From NCBI RefSeq assembly GCF_009834535.1, contig NC_045698.1, forward strand, positions 10,480,001 through 10,544,000: a stretch of DNA of 64,000 bases. The letters are read 5' to 3'. Positions 12,186-27,100 of this stretch are shown one piece after another. The number at the start of each line of letters is the position of its first letter. Positions within the stretch are counted from its first letter, which is position 1. Position numbers and translations under genes: made by a program. The notes under the pieces are model-generated. The model saw only the letters and a list, made by a program, of their open reading frames with translations, was not told the origin of the DNA and searched no databases. This DNA is from Camelus ferus (taxonomy: Eukaryota).

Positions 12186-15100
12186 GTGGGCCCTGGGCCG
12201 GGCGGGGCTGGGGGGCGGTCTCCTCCGCCGGCCGTCGGCGCAGCCCAGGGCGATGCCCGCGCTACGAGGGGTGGGAGCTCCGGGGCGCGCGAGGATCCAG
12301 GTGCGCCCCTGACCTGAGCGGGCTGCTCCCACACACACCACCTGCAGGGTTTGGGGGGCCGTCGGGGGTGGAGGTCACATCTCAATAAGGCACTACAGCC
12401 TCGGGAGGCAGAGCTGTTCCGGGAGAGGCGGCAAGCGACCCGCTGAGGCAGAGCAGACAGGTTCCTGGAAAGAGAAAGCCCTTCCTGCCGTCTGGGGTGC
12501 GGTGGGGTGGGGGACACAGGCAGTGGTTGGGGTCGGGCCCTGGCGCCCAGGAGCGGCGGTGTCCCCTTCTCGGTGTCCCCTCCAGGAGCTCGATTGTTGT
12601 CGGAGGGAAGTAGACGGGTTTCGCACTTTGCTGGCAGAGGATGTGGCCCACACCTTCGCAGCAATCGAGACTCGATGAGCAGCAGAGAAAATCGGGCTTT
12701 TGAAACAGAAATGTCACCAGAGACAAGAGTAGCAACACAGTATGGCCCAGGTCGCTGAGGTCGCGGGCGCAGCACCTGTGTCGCAGTCTTCGTCCTCGGC
12801 GGCGGGAGCTGAGCCCTCACTGCACAAGTAAAGGGTGTTTTCCTTCCCATCCTTTCCGTCCCAGGTCTGAGGAAGATGAACATGGCTGCTTCTCAGTTTT
12901 CAGGATATTCCTGGCTCTGTATTTCCCTGGAGGCCACCCCAGGGGTGAGAGCCCACCAGTGAATTTTGGGAGCATGCCTGTTCACAGAGTTAGGGCTCTA
13001 GATACTGCAGGGTTTATAGGAAGTTGCTAGGACTACTTATTAATTGGGGTTCTTGGTCCCAACTTTTGCTTCACGTAGCAAGCTGTTGGGTGTGGTGGAA
13101 AACAGCACTTGAGTCAGGACCCAAGTTCTAGACATTGTTCTGCCCAGGACTGTGTGCCTAGAATCCACCACAGCTACGGACTTCTGGGTCCTTGTCCACA
13201 GATTGAGGCCATCGGGCTGGCTGATCCTCGAGACCCTTCCCAGTCCAGAAATTCACGTACCTCCCACTCTCACAAGTTTGGAGAATGAACTCATTTTTCA
13301 ATCTTTCTGCACCTTCCATTATTATAGAATTAGCCAAATATTTCCTGTGGGTGTATTCATCTGAACTTTTTATTATGTGACTGTCTTCCCTTCTCCCTGC
13401 CTTATTTTGGCAGAGAAAGCACAGTTGGAAGTGGGCACAGCTGGAAAAAGCTGGTTTGGGAGGCGGAAAGGTGTCTACTCTGGGCTTAATGTAATCCCCA
13501 GGAATTTTTCCTTCCGATTCACCAAGTTCAAGGTGTGCCAGCACTGTGAGCGCAGAGAGAATTCTTTCCTCAGCTGCAGCCTATGGGCACTGCAGTTGGC
13601 GTGCGGCAGTGGAAGAATGTGATTCAAAGATCAGGCTATGGAAAAGTTTTTTCTCCAAAACATAACCTCCAAGGACTTAGGAGCATAATTTCCCTTCTTC
13701 GCTAAAAAAAAGTTTTAAAACCAGTTGCCAAAGCTGGGATGGGGACAGGTTTTTTAACCTACCCCCAAGTCTTTTGATAAGAGACCACGATTCACTTTTG
13801 AGATTAACAGCGAATGTTAACAACTAACATTTGACAATAAAAAACAGACAAGAGCAGAAGAAAACCCACAGAACGGGTAGGGATGGAAAGCATTTTTTGG
13901 TAGCCATTTTTGCTATTTCTCTTGAAATATTTAGATATGGAGAATCTTGAACTAACCATTTGTGCACAATATTGTGGGAAAGACAATGTCAGAATCAGAC
14001 GATTAGACCGAGAAGAGGCACAGAAGGCCAGTTGGTGCAGGGCCTCGGGCCCCTGAGAAGACAGGAGGAGCCGGGAAGACCCGAGTAAGCTCACCAATCT
14101 CAGCCTACCGCCCGCAGTCTGGCTAATTTGAGGAGAATGTGCACCCCACACTCCTTGTGACTCCTTCTGCCTCTGGCCACCTGCAGGGTTGTTAACTGTT
14201 CTGATTGGCTCAGGTGCTGCTGTGGTTTCTCCTCACTGTCCATCTCCATTTGTTCAGTAGGTGAGAGGGTAGAAACAAGGCTGCGAGGTTTCAGCCATGT
14301 TCTCAAGACCTTCAGGACTCCACGTGGTCCCCAGGAGCTGGCTTAGGGGACAGGAATGCCCAGTGTGGGATGTGGGACCCAACAGCTGGGTCCCCCACTC
14401 CAGCTAGACATGGAGCAGCTCTCTTTGGTTTTTCTTTCTTTCTTTTTTATTTTATTTTTTCTGTTTTATATGCTGTTCTGGCTAAAATTTTTTTTGGGGA
14501 AAAGAATCTAATACTAAACAAAAAGTTTAGAGAGAGTAGTAATGACTGATATTTTCAAGTGCTGCTGTCTCTGTTTATTACATGCAAAGGGCTTAGAACC
14601 ATGCGTGACCCATGGGAAGCACTCAAAGGTTAGCTGCTATCCTTATGATTGTCATTACCTTCCACTATAAGGTAGTTGTTCTTTTTAGCCCCATTTTATG
14701 AACTGAGTCGCATACAAACTTGTATAAGACCCCCCGCTTCCTACCTAGACTGTTCTGTTAATTAAACTGTGAATTCCTCAATATTGTGGATTCCGGTATT
14801 GCAGAGCCATTCAAGGGTGATGACTTTATGTCTGAAGCAGGTGTTTCTGATGCCCCCATCGCAGTCTTTGGCCTGTTCCCTTGGTAATCACAGGTACTCT
14901 CCTGTGCAGGCAGGTGAATTTACCTGGTGGGCGCTTCTGTGTTTTACCAGAGGATGGGCAACAGATGGGGTGATGAGGATTGTGGGGCACACACCTTCCC
15001 TCCTCCACGCCGCCTGCAGAGGGGTGCTGAGAACTGAGCTTACGCTGGACCCGGGGCCTTCAAGGCCTTTGCTCTCAGGAGCCGACCCCCGAGCAGTGGG

Positions 15101-18100
15101 CGCTGGCAGTGGCCAGGGTGGCCACAGATGAGAAGTGTGAGCAGCTGCGGTGCTTTGTGTGACAGTTGTAACCTTAGAGAGAAATGTTTTCCCTTCTTTA
15201 AAAAATAATTTGAGGGCTTAGGAAAAAGAAAACAAACACTGCAATTAAAAACACATGCCCACAATAGAACTGCTTAAAACCAAACGGCTCACAGCTGATA
15301 TTTTTCGCCAGCCTGCTTGTACAACTTTTATACTTCTATGCTTACATTTCTGTGAGATGGATTAAATGCCAAATAAAATGTAAATTTTGGTTCCATATGT
15401 TTTAGTCAAGTAGAAATTCTTGATTGGCACAATCACATTTTTTAAAAATTAAATTTGAAAATGAGCTTTTACCTGGCTTGTTGGCCTGGGCGGGTGCTGG
15501 CCCGTGTGTCTGCAGCCCCCAGGGCTGGCCCTGCCACAGTCACAGTGGGGATTTGTGTTCTCTTCATGAGCTGGACGCGGAAACACTGTCCTTAGATAGT
15601 CTGATGTAACTTTATAGCCACCAGCCTGCAACACTGGAATGGTCATGGAATTTGCTCAAAGTTTCCAGCTAGTAGGTGGTGGCCAGGATTCAAGCCCTGG
15701 CAGCGTGCCTTCACCCACAGCAGGTTCTTAACCACCCGCCTGCTTCTGTCCCCTGCAACAGTTCAGGCTCGTACCTGGGAGCACTTGGTTTCCAAGGTTA
15801 CCTCATCACATTTAAGCTGTTCTAAAGTTAGGTTGGGTTATTTTCAAACCACTGTTGTTGCTCAGGATAATTCACAGGTCTGGTGTACATGAGAAGAGAG
15901 ATTTTGAAAAAGTCATCATTATCGAGCTAAAACTTCGTATGTTGTTCTTTATATGTGGTTTTTAAGTCTCTTATGTACCTTTTAGAGGAGTTAATGGACT
16001 AGTGTATTTGACCTTTCTGTCCTGTCCACTTGAATCCTCTGGTAAATGTTGAGTTATTTAGGACAGTCTGTTCTCAGAACTGAAGTTGTATACACATTTG
16101 TTGGTTTGTAATTAATTTGATGGAAGAACATTTAAATGTCACTTTACAATGAATCAATAGGGAAAAGTTTTTGTTTACACACTCATTTTTGCAGTGATCT
16201 TTTGTTGTAGTCTTACTCCATTTTTTTCTGTTTTTTTCAGTTAATTGAGCCAGAATAGACAGGTGCTATCAGGTTTAAAATATGAGGATAATAAAATGTT
16301 TCTGTTCATTTCTAGGAGACTAAGGAGTGTTGTCTGTTAATACTGTTGCTGGGATTCCCAGATAATAAACAAAAATCCCAGAAACCGTGGCATGGAAAAT
16401 GCTACACTCAATGAATCTCTGAATTAAGAATTTAATAGTAAGTCTTTTATTGTTGATTTAACCATGTGACTCTGAGCCTGTGTGGAGTTGTTGGATGATA
16501 GATAATAATTTAACACACTTTGTTAGCTCTTTTTCTGCTTGCTCTGTTACTGATTTTTAAGGAATATTAATTAGGGTTTGTGTTCTGGCAGAGGGAGTGA
16601 TAATGCAATTGTAAATCGGTTTCTCCCGAGAGTCATGTCCCAATTCAGGGAGAAGCAGAATCTCAGCCCCCTTCCCCCAAGTGGCAGCAGCTGCCTCAGA
16701 TCCCTGGGCTTGGTCTCTTGGGAGGGGGGTGCCCAGTTACTGCGGCCCCCAGAGCGGTAAGATGCCTTCCCCACCTCGTCTGGCCTGGCCTGCGGGCGCC
16801 CGCACTCTGGGGGTGGGGGGCCTCCGTGCCGCGGGCCCTGCCTCAGAGATCAAGCTGGACTTCAGATGTCGAGGCCGGAACAGCCAGAAGGGACCTAGCA
16901 GACTGGAGGTCCTAGTCTCAGCTGGTCAGACAGGCTGTCCTGGAGGCGTCGCCCAGGCCTGGGGTGGGGAGCCAGGAGCCCAAGACCATCCTCAACCCTT
17001 TTTGTAAATCTTGTTAATTGTAAATCAAATATAGCTGTCTTTTTCACTCTGAAAAAAAAAAAAGTATCCTGCCCTCTCTTGTGCCCATTACCATGGGCAT
17101 GAGCCCCTGCTCCCTCTAGGTTTGGGGAGCCTCGGGGGCACACACCAGTTCCTGAGTGGCCCAGAAGTGGAGGTGGGCAGGGAGCTGGTTGGGGAAGCTG
17201 GTCGGGAATGTGACCTGAACCCTGTGTGTCTCTCCCCTAAGTTGGCGCAGAGAGGGTTCCCTGGAGCATTTAGTCTCCCGAGTTGAAGAGAAGTGGACTG
17301 AATTTCTTGCCTGGTGAAAAGAGACACCCTTTCCTGGGTCTTAGAGTAACACCAGGTGCCTCGGGGGGTCGATGGGTTGAACTGTGACAAGGAGGCCTCA
17401 ACGTTGCTGTGCGATCTCTAAAACGACAAGAAACCTGAGTGCCCCGTGTCCCCAGGGTGGCCGGCCAGGACAGGTGGGAATGCTGGGGAGGAAGCAGAGC
17501 GGCTGATAGGATTGGGGTGGAGGGAAGAGGGTGGAGGGAGAGATGACCCCCATGGGTGGCAGGGGGTGAGCAGGGTCACCGGTCACATCCAGATGTGAAG
17601 GGCTGGATGCCACCCATGTCAGCAGCAAGATCAGCTCATTGTCATTTTACTTGGCACTTAACAAATGAACTTGGAGTTCAGGTCACAGCTCAGGCTGGCT
17701 GCTCACCTTGAAATGCAAACATAGCCCATGGAACTATTAATACAAGTGTTGGGCCCCTCAATTTTGCACCTGAAGCAGGGCAAGGCTTGGGTGTAGGGGT
17801 TCCTTTCTCTGAAATCTGTAGGAGAGAGAAAACTCACTTGAACTGAGAGTTTTTTAGGTCAGTTTTATCCATGGTGTATCCCTTTATTTTGTTGCTTGAA
17901 GATATTTGTTAAACTCAGTTTTGGGTACTCAGCTGATTGTCATGACAGAGGACTGGTATAACCACCGCTTGTAGACCTACCTTGCACTGTTCGTTCCTCA
18001 TGCAGTGATATTCCAGCATCTTCTCCCACATGTGCTTCATTGGTTCACAGTTTGGAGCCTGGAACACGTGATGCTATAGTTCTCCCTCCCCCTCCCCCTC

Positions 18101-21100
18101 CCCCTCCAGGCTTCTCAACCTTCCTTTTTTTTTTTTCTCTTGCTGTCATTTTTAAACTGGTCACCTCCACAGAATCCCTTGTGGAAGAGGCTCTTTATCA
18201 AAACTCTGCTTTCAGGTCAGCTGGTGTAGTAGATCTGAGAACTTGGCACACACATCTGAGGGTTGGCGTATTTGCTGGCGTCTGTCAAGATATCCTGTAT
18301 CTTCTGCACACGCTCAGGACATCTTTCCTGTGGTGCAAGTTTTGAGTAATGCTTTGGTTTATTTTAACTTCAGTTATTTCACAACTACGTAAAACCCTGT
18401 GCCTTGTGCCCCAATGTGACCATTCCACCAACATAACTTTGAAACACGTTAACATAAAGAGGCCTTTGGAGGGTGGAGGGAAAATGGTGGTTAATGGCCT
18501 GGCCTCCTTGTATTGGTTTATAAGGGAGGAAGCTGAGGTCCAGAGCTGCTGGGCTCTTTAGGACCAGACTGGGAGTTCCTGACTCCCTGGTGCCTGCTCA
18601 TTCCACTACCTGGAAACCATGCCTCTAGGTGACCGCCTTACAGCCTCACCCCCTGCTTTATATTTACCTGGGTGTAATTAGGGAAAAGGAAAACACCCTG
18701 ATGGCTCATTGTTTCTGACCTTCGTGTTAAAAGTCAGAAGGGACCAGCAAGATAGAGGCTCTTAGGTAAGATTAGGTATGGTGGAATAAAAGAACAACTC
18801 CAGATAAGTGAATCGAGTTTACTCCTCTCATGGCAAAGCTCAGAGGTGGCTCTGCAGGGCTGCAATGGGCTCCAGAGTATCAGAGATCCGGGCTCCTTCC
18901 TCTTGGTTTCCACTGTGCGTGGTTTTCATGCCCACAGTTACTTCCTGATCCAAGATGGCTGCTGAACGTCTGTCATCACACTTACATTCCAGCTGGTAAG
19001 GAGGAGGAAGGGCAAGGAGTCCACACCCCTCTCAACAAAGCCTTTTGAAAACTACACATAACACTTCTTACTGGGAAGTCACTCACATGGCTGTGGCCAG
19101 CAAGTAGGGAGGGTGGAAAGTGGCTTTTATTCTGAGTAACGATGTATCCAGCTGAAAGTCAGGATTCTGTTTCTGTGGAAGAAGACAGAACAGATACTGG
19201 GGGAAGTGGGCAGTGTCTGCCGTGGAGACACATGGACTGGGTCCTGACTACACCGATTCATTTTATTTATTCAACAAATATTTCACATGCTTAGCATGCA
19301 GGAGGTCCTGGGTTCGATCCCCAGTACCTCCTCTAAAAATAAATAAAAATAAACCTAGTTACCTCCCTTCCCCCAAAAAAGTAAAATAAAATAAATTTAA
19401 AAAAATGTATTAGCTGTCTACTATGTGCCTCGGCACCAAAAAGCAGAGAAAAAACAGACACAATTTCAGTCCTTAAGACCTTTACCTACTCAGGGAAACA
19501 GACACTAATCAAACAAACACCATTGAATAAACTGTGATAAGTGCTGTGAAGGAAAAGGACACCCTGTGCTGTGAGGGAGCATAACCGGGATTCGATCAAG
19601 CCTGGGGGTTAGGATTGGGTTGGGGAAGCTTTGCCGCAGGAAGTGACATTTGAGCTGAGAGCCTGAGAATCAGTAGAGTGAGGAGTATTCCAGACAAGGG
19701 AAAAGCAGGGGCAGAGGCTGGCGAGAGGCAGGAGTGAGCCCTGCTGGAGGAACTGAAGGCGGCCCGTCTCCTTGGAGCGAGAGGAAGAGGTAAGAGACAG
19801 GGAAGAATCAGGGTCAGGCTGTGGGGGGCCCTGGAGGTAGGGCGACCACCCATCCCGGTTTGCGTGGGACCCAGGATGTCCTCGGATGAGGGACTTTCAG
19901 TGCTAAAACTGGGAGAGTCTTTGGAGTTCACATTAACAGTTGGGTTCCTTTATTATTAATTTCAGCAAAGTTCCTTGTTAGGTAGGCATAGCTCCCAGCC
20001 GTAGAAAAACAGCAATTGACCAGTAAAAGTCATCCCTCACCCTGGCCAGAGGGAAAGAGTTCAGAACACAGGGAGCACTTCCTTGTAGCTGGGTTACATG
20101 ACCAGTGAGACGCTTCCTTATCTGGCATGATTTCTCTTAACGGTAATCGTGGAAATTAATTGACGTGTGATAATGTATCTGAGTGTAATGTAACCAACAG
20201 CCACGGCTGGAGGAAGCCTTGACTTCAGAGCAGTGATTCTCAGCACCGGGGATACACTGGCATCACCTGGGAGCTTAGAAAAAAGACGGGGCTCTGGGCC
20301 GCAGGCCAATAAATCAGAAAATCCAAAGGAGGAGCCCGGACAAGTGTGCTCCTCTGCTCCGGAGCAGCGCCTCTCAGACCTGGGTGTGTGCGTGAATCGC
20401 TGGGGCTCTTGTGGATCCGGGATTCTGCTTCCGTGGGGCCCAAGGATCTGTATCTCTGAGTGCCCAGGTGGCAGTGATGTTGCCAGTCCACAGACATCGA
20501 GCACAATGCTCTGTAATGTTTGACGAGTTTGTTTTGAAGCCACTGGTTTCTTTTTAGGAGAGTGGATCTAAAGCACCAGGAGAAGGTAGATGGGTCTGTG
20601 AGAGGAGGGAGAGGATGAGGCTGGGGGAGGAGGGCGGGAGGCCTGCCCTGGGCTGCCCGCCGCAGGGGGCCCATCCCGACTCCTCAGTGGGCTCCCTCGG
20701 TGGCTGGGGTTACAAGGTGAGGCCGGTTCCTGGTTCCTGGAGAACCAGCTCTCCGAGGCCTCTGGCTGGGACGGTGCAATAGGTGGTGCATCTGTGCCTC
20801 TTACGCTGGTTTAGGGGCCCTTCCAGCCCATGTCCCTGGCCGCCGGGATGCGGGTCTCTCCTACAAGTGAGAAAAGCCAGAAAGATTTTTAAATAAAAGA
20901 TGACACATCCATTGAATGTAAAAAGCAAAACAAAACAAAACAAAACAGCAAACACACTGCTGGCTTCAGAGTGGAAAATGGCTTTGGAGGAGGGAAGCCA
21001 ATTAGAAGGATTAGTAACCATTAGCAACAGAGGCCAAAAGACTCATTATGGAAAAATCACTGCGGGGCGAAAGTGAAGCGTGGCTTGCCTCAGAGTTACC

Positions 21101-24100
21101 TTTAGTTCTCTCTGGGTCACATGTTTACAAATGATTTGTGTTGGGATGTGGAAAACAAGCTTAATCTTTAAAGGTCTAAGAGTTAAGAGACGGACAGTGC
21201 ATCACGAAAGCCATGGCAGCTCGCGGCAGTAAGGCGAGTCCGGTAATGTGACATTTAGCAGGGATGTGTGTCAGCGCAGAACTTGTGCACATGAGCTGGG
21301 TAACCCCTTGCTTCCCTTCCCAGGTTCTGAAATAACTGAAAGGTGGACACAGGAGTCAGGGACTTTTTAAATGTCAGCTCGGTAATAAAACCCATTATGT
21401 CTTAGTTGTGTGGCCAGATGGGCTTGTTAGTGGTGCCTGCACCGCACTCACCCCTGAAAGGTCAGGCCTCTCTCCCACAGAGACAGCCGCCCCAGGGCAC
21501 CTCCCTGCGGGCAGGCAGAGCGGGGAGGAGAGGAGGGGGCCAAGTTGAGCAGATGCTCTGACACCTGCCATCAGATAAGGCTCCCTCTGGAAGGAGTAAG
21601 GAGGGAGAGAGGTGGGTGGAGGCCAGTGCCAGGTCTCCAGGAAGGTTCTTCCATCTGGAGGTTTGAGGAGAGCAGGATGAAATTGCCTGCCCCCTCCAAT
21701 TCAGCAAATGGGGAGACGCACCCCAGCAACTGGCCTAAAGGGCTTCAGGCTGACGGCAGGCTGCACGTGAGCTGATGGCTTTTTTATTTCTCAGCCAGTC
21801 AATACAAATACAATCACAGGCAGCATCAATTTGAATGCACCATCTAGGACAAGGTTTGTCCAACTCGGTACATGGGCCGAATCCGTCCAGCTCAGTTTTT
21901 ATATGGCCTACAACCTATGAATGCTTTTTACATTTTTTAATGGTTGGAAAAAAATCAGAAGACGACCGCTATTTGCTGACATGTAAAACTTACGTGAAAT
22001 TCAAATTTCAGTGTCCATAAAAATGTTTTCTTGGAACACTGCCCTGCTGTGTATTGTCTGATGGCTGCTGCCACTCTGTCGGGGCAGATATGAGTACCTG
22101 GGACAGAGACCAGATGGCTGGAGATGCCTAAAGTACATACTTTCTGACCCTGAGCAGAGAACTTGCTGACTCCCAAAGGAGAATGAAGAAGTGGTCATGT
22201 TGTTGAATTCTCTCCGGGTTGGGTCACACTCAGGACATTGTGTTCTGACCTGCGTTCTCCCTTCCGTGTGGAGTGGGTCCCAGGAAGTGATGGAGCTGAT
22301 GAAGGGACCCCCTGACCAAACCATGTCATGTGAGGACTGGTGGAAGGAACGGGGAGTGTTTGATCTAGAAGAGAAAGTCATGGTGGAAGTGACAGCTGCC
22401 TTCTGAGTTTGTGCTTATTAATTGTTTTGAATTCTTGGAACAGTTACTCAGGGAAGGCAGTTGTGTAGTTAATTCAAAGGGCACTGACCTTGAGTTAGAA
22501 TATGTGGGTTCAAGTTCAGGCTTCTGCTCGTTTCCCTGGGCTTTAAAGATGCAGTGTGCATGTGACAGCCCATCAGGTGGCCAGGTCCACAGTGAACTGA
22601 GGTTCAGCTTTCATCTCAGAGGGGCTTCTGGCCAGTAGGGGACACAGTTGTGAATACCCCGAACTGGAAACGACCTGCAGTGCGCATGGTGTGCAGAGGG
22701 TGAATCTGGGGACAGATTTGTTCTGCTGAGGGGCTGGTGTGAATCAGGCCTCGGAGAACAAGCAGGATTCCAGCTCCTTCAGCCCAAAGCATCCTGTGAT
22801 TCTGTGAAAGATCTAAAAGGTTATCGCGTGGAAGAGGAATTGGAGGTGTTCCTCGTGACCCCGGGGAGTAACAATTCAAGTTATGGCGACATATGAAGCA
22901 CCTGTGTGCTCTTCCTGTGGAATCCACAGCAAGAGACTTCGGAAGCGTAGTTTTTTGGTACCTGGGCAGCTGGTGATCATTGGTCCTGGTGCTGCGACTT
23001 ACAAGTCTGAAATAAAAGGGGAATTAAAAAAAAAAAGTTGTGGTGACAGATCTGGTCACACTAGCCTTTTGCTTAAAACCTGGCGAGGCCTTTCCTTGTT
23101 CCTCAGTCTGACATCAGCATCTCTAAGGGGATCTAGAGGCCCTGCTGCCCTGAGCCTTGCGGGCCCCCTCCTTTTCCCGTCTGCGCTCTGGGTCTCCGCC
23201 CTGCCTCACATCCTTGGGGAAGCCTCCCCGGACTCCGGTCCAGGTCAGGTCCCCACGTTACCCCTTGTCCTCGGGAGCGCTGCCTTGTCATGCTCCAGAC
23301 ACACTAGGACAGTCCCTCCATGTGTGAATCAGTGCGGCCACCGCTGTGGCACCAGCTCTTGGCCCAGTGCCTGGCCCACTGGAACAGCTTCATCTGTAGT
23401 CAGAGAATAATGATAGATTTGACCGACAGAGAGGGAGACATAACGAAAAGGAAAGGGACTCCCACCCGAGGGCGAGGCCCACCCTGAGACATGTGGAGAC
23501 ACATGTCATGACGTGATGGAGGCAGATGGCGGCTGGGACCCCGCCGAGAGCTGGCTGGTGCGTAGTGCCTGTGTGATCACGAGCACGCTCAGGGCTTATA
23601 GTGTTTGCTTTTCAGCGGTCCAGCCCTCTGTCATCACTGTAGGTCTGCGCCATTGGGAAGACTTTGGGGATCATTGAGGCCAAGTGATTTGTCTGCGGTT
23701 CTGCAGCTGGAAAATAGAGTCCTGGGCTTGTTCTGCCAGTCTGCTGTCCCCACCAGGCCAGGGCCAGGGCGCCTGCCAGGCTGGATAAAGTGACCTGGAG
23801 TTTTGGGACTCCCCGGAGAAGGAATTACAGCTTGCTCTCCGATGGACACTCATTCCACCTACAGCTTTTGTGTTTTTGTAGCTGGGTTGGTTTTAAACCT
23901 GCTCCACACAGTTCGAAAATTAAAGTGGTGGGTTGCATTGAACATGCCTCAAGATGTGCCCAGTACATGAAAAAACCCCGAGCCATGATCTTATGAAAAA
24001 CACGCACACAGTCCTGCCAGCATTTGGCAAGGAGCAGTTCCCTGCTGCTTTTGCTGACTCTTGGCTGGCAACAGCCTTGGGGGACGCGTGCCCAGGCCTG

Positions 24101-27100
24101 TGGGATTGTGCGAGGAGCACTGTTCAGTTGGTTGCATGACGGGGCTACCATTGGGTGTCTCGCTGGTCATGACTCTCAAGATAAAAAGCTTTCCCGCTGG
24201 TGGTTCTTTTCCTCAGTGATACTGATCTTGTAGTTGTGGGTTGCTGCACACATTGTGAGGTGGGAGCCCGTTGTTCCTGTGCTGAGCAGGATTAATACCT
24301 GAAATACAGAAGCGTAGAAAGTCTTTTGACCTCACCATTTCAAAGACTGGTTAAAAGGATATGTGTTCTGAATATTTCCCCCATAGTGGATACAAAAGCA
24401 ACCACCTCACCTATGGTTTTGCAAGAGTCTTTTCATTGTGCTATGCTGACTTACAGAACGTCTCGCAGTCTCCCCGTGCTCTAAATTATTCAGAAGCCTT
24501 GACGGCCTCGCAGGATCTGTTCTCTGTGTTCATCATTCTGTGTGCATATTGCTTGGCTGAAGTGCTTGGACCAATGCAGCATAGTTTGCTTTATCCTCGA
24601 GCCTGAGTTTCTCAGAACTCACCTCCAGGAGAGATGGCCCACCTGAGCATCCAGCGCACGGGGCCTGGCCTGGTGTTACTCTGTGTCCTGGCCAGAGCCT
24701 GCCCCAAGGCTGTGCTAACCTGTGGGCCTGGACACGCTGCCTGGTAGCCCTTCCTGACTGGAGGGCATCGTGCCACCAGACCGTGAGCTCCCTGGAGCCA
24801 AGGCCTTTGTCTTCTCACTTCACTGCCTGCCAACCTGGCGTGGCGCCCAGTCCAGGGTGGGAAGAGGTAGTGGAACCAGAGGGCAAGGGGCAGGAGGGAG
24901 GAGGGGCTTCCTGGGCCTCCTGGTCCACTGTACCTGGTGGTCTCAGTTGACATCTCTCAGCAGTGCCCCAGCCTGCCACAGAGGTGTGCTCGGCCATTCC
25001 GGGCTGGCTGCCCCTCCCACCCCCTCACCCTGTTTGCATCCTAACCCCTCAGTCTCTCTCTTAACCCCCTACTCTCCCATTTCTTGCTAGTTAGCCAGAA
25101 TATGGCATTGCAGCCAAGAGAAATATCTGTTGTGTTTATTAAATTCAATGTAGTATTTTTCACTTTAAAGTGTTTTTGATTTTTATTTTGTTTTCACTAG
25201 ATTACCAGTTTATTATAAAGAGATGTAAGTCAGGAATAGCCAGATGGAAGAGGTGCACGGGGTGAGGTGTGTAGGACGGTGCGCAGAGCTGCCATGCCCT
25301 CTGGGCGGGCCACCCTCCCCACGCCTCCGCCGTGAAGCTCTCATCTTGAAGTTTTTAAGAGGGTGATTTTACCATGTGATGTGTCTTCCCCCCTCTGCTA
25401 GCTCAGACATCAAGATTAAATGGCCTTTTCCGTCTTTAGCTCGGGCCTAGCTTCCCCTTCCAAGGCCTACTCAGTGGATCTTGATCTACCCCCTCTGCTT
25501 TGGGAGAAAGTCCGTGGGCCGCACACAGGTGGCGGGGGCAGCACAGAACCCCAGGGCAGTGCAGACGTGGGTAGAGAGGAAGGGCCACGTGCTGGGGTGG
25601 CGCTGGGAGTAAACTGGGAGGAAGTGGACCGAGCCCTGTGGCTGGCTGCTGGTGGGATGGGCAGGTGGGGAGGGCGGGCTCTCTGGATCCAGAGCATCAC
25701 CGCGTTCCCATCCCAGAGGCCACCCGCCTCCACGAGGCTCCGGGGAGAAGTGCTGTCGGCGTCATCACTCGGTTTCCGGCTCTTCAGCGTCTTTTAAGTT
25801 TTGTTTTCAGGGTTTTTTTTTCTTTTTGGTTTCCTGTTTTAATGTTTGAATTATTTCAGTTTTGGTAAATTTTAGAGAACGGAAAAAATTCTAAGTAGAG
25901 TTTTACCACAAAAACACAGTGGCTTTTTTTTCCCCAGTTGTAGTCAGTGGTCCCACCTGCCGTGTACAGTCCAGGCGGTCACATACGCGACTTCAGGGTC
26001 AGGTCGCCACGCTGCCAGCTTCAGGGACATGTGAGCTCCTCAAGTGTTACGTCTGATTGTACAGGTTGGGGCCTTGGCAGGCTTCACTGCTGATGACCGG
26101 AGGGTGCAGGAGACCCAGTTAATCCACTTCCCAGTGCCACAGAAATGCCCTGGGCCCATCTGGTGCCTCATTGCACCCACCAGTCAAGTGGGCCCGTCCC
26201 AAACTATTAAAAAGAAATTTCATTTTTGTGTCTTGACAAGCACGAAAGAGGATCAAACCTGTAATTCCTGGCAATGCTTGTTTTCTGCCTCTTCATTGCC
26301 CCCCCCCCAATCTCTTGCTCTTGTTCTCGCTCCCGTTTACTCTCCAGGACCGAATCCCTGCTGGTGGAGTCTCCCCTCCTGTCCTGTTAGCCCAGTGGGC
26401 ACCCCCAGGCCCGCTCCCTGGTGGGCAGAGCGAAGTCAGGTGGGCGGTGGTGGCCGCTCCTTGGAAGGCTGGCGGAGGATGGGACCCGTGAAGACGCTGA
26501 CATGGAAGATTTTATTCCCTCCCAGCTGCTTCTGGGGAAATGAGATTTGACTCAGGAGATCATCAGAACTGCAGCCACGACAGTCTTGCTCAGCGCCTCG
26601 CTGCTGGTGCTCTCCTCTGTGTCTGTTGTTCTGAATTGTAATCCAGTTACTGACACACCCAGGAGGCCGTTTTACAATTCCCTTTTTAAAGTCTGAATTC
26701 CACTTGCTGCAGCAGAGCTGATGTGCGATTCACGCCACTCCAAGGCGGGACAGGCGCGTGAGGCGGTGTGGCTCCCATGTCACGTGCCCGTGCCAGAGCA
26801 CTGGCTCTGAGGTTTATTTAATCTTGCTCTCCCTCGCGCTGTCCTGGGCTGTGCAGTAAGGGTGATGAGATAATGGTGGACCTGGGCTGGGCGCTTGCCG
26901 TGGGCCCGATGGCGAGCTCCCACTTCTCCAGCGTTTCCTGCAACTGTCACAGCAGAGGCAGATGCTGCAGTGACTCCGTGTCACTAGGGGAACCACAGTG
27001 AGAGGAGTCCTCCCCGTTTACCCAGTGCTGGGCCGCACACTTCCCTCTGCGGTTAAGGAACAGAAGCCTGGGGCGGTGGGGTCACCCACCCCGTGTATAC

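Larger units (their letters stand above)
11490..12830. promoter_or_regulatory. CpG island spanning OTULINL promoter, exon 1 and start of intron 1
   Basis: Visibly very high GC and CpG density compared with the flanks; boundaries approximate. Confidence 0.9.

Noticed and set aside
11858..12883. 341-aa minus-strand ORF and other overlapping ORFs across the CpG island
   Set aside because: Pro/Arg/Gly/Ala-rich with no recognisable domain; long ORFs are expected in stop-poor GC-rich DNA.
22883..26550. Intronic ORFs of 120-175 aa (e.g. 22883-23410, 26044-26550)
   Set aside because: No recognisable homology, no supporting exon structure, and composition typical of chance ORFs.
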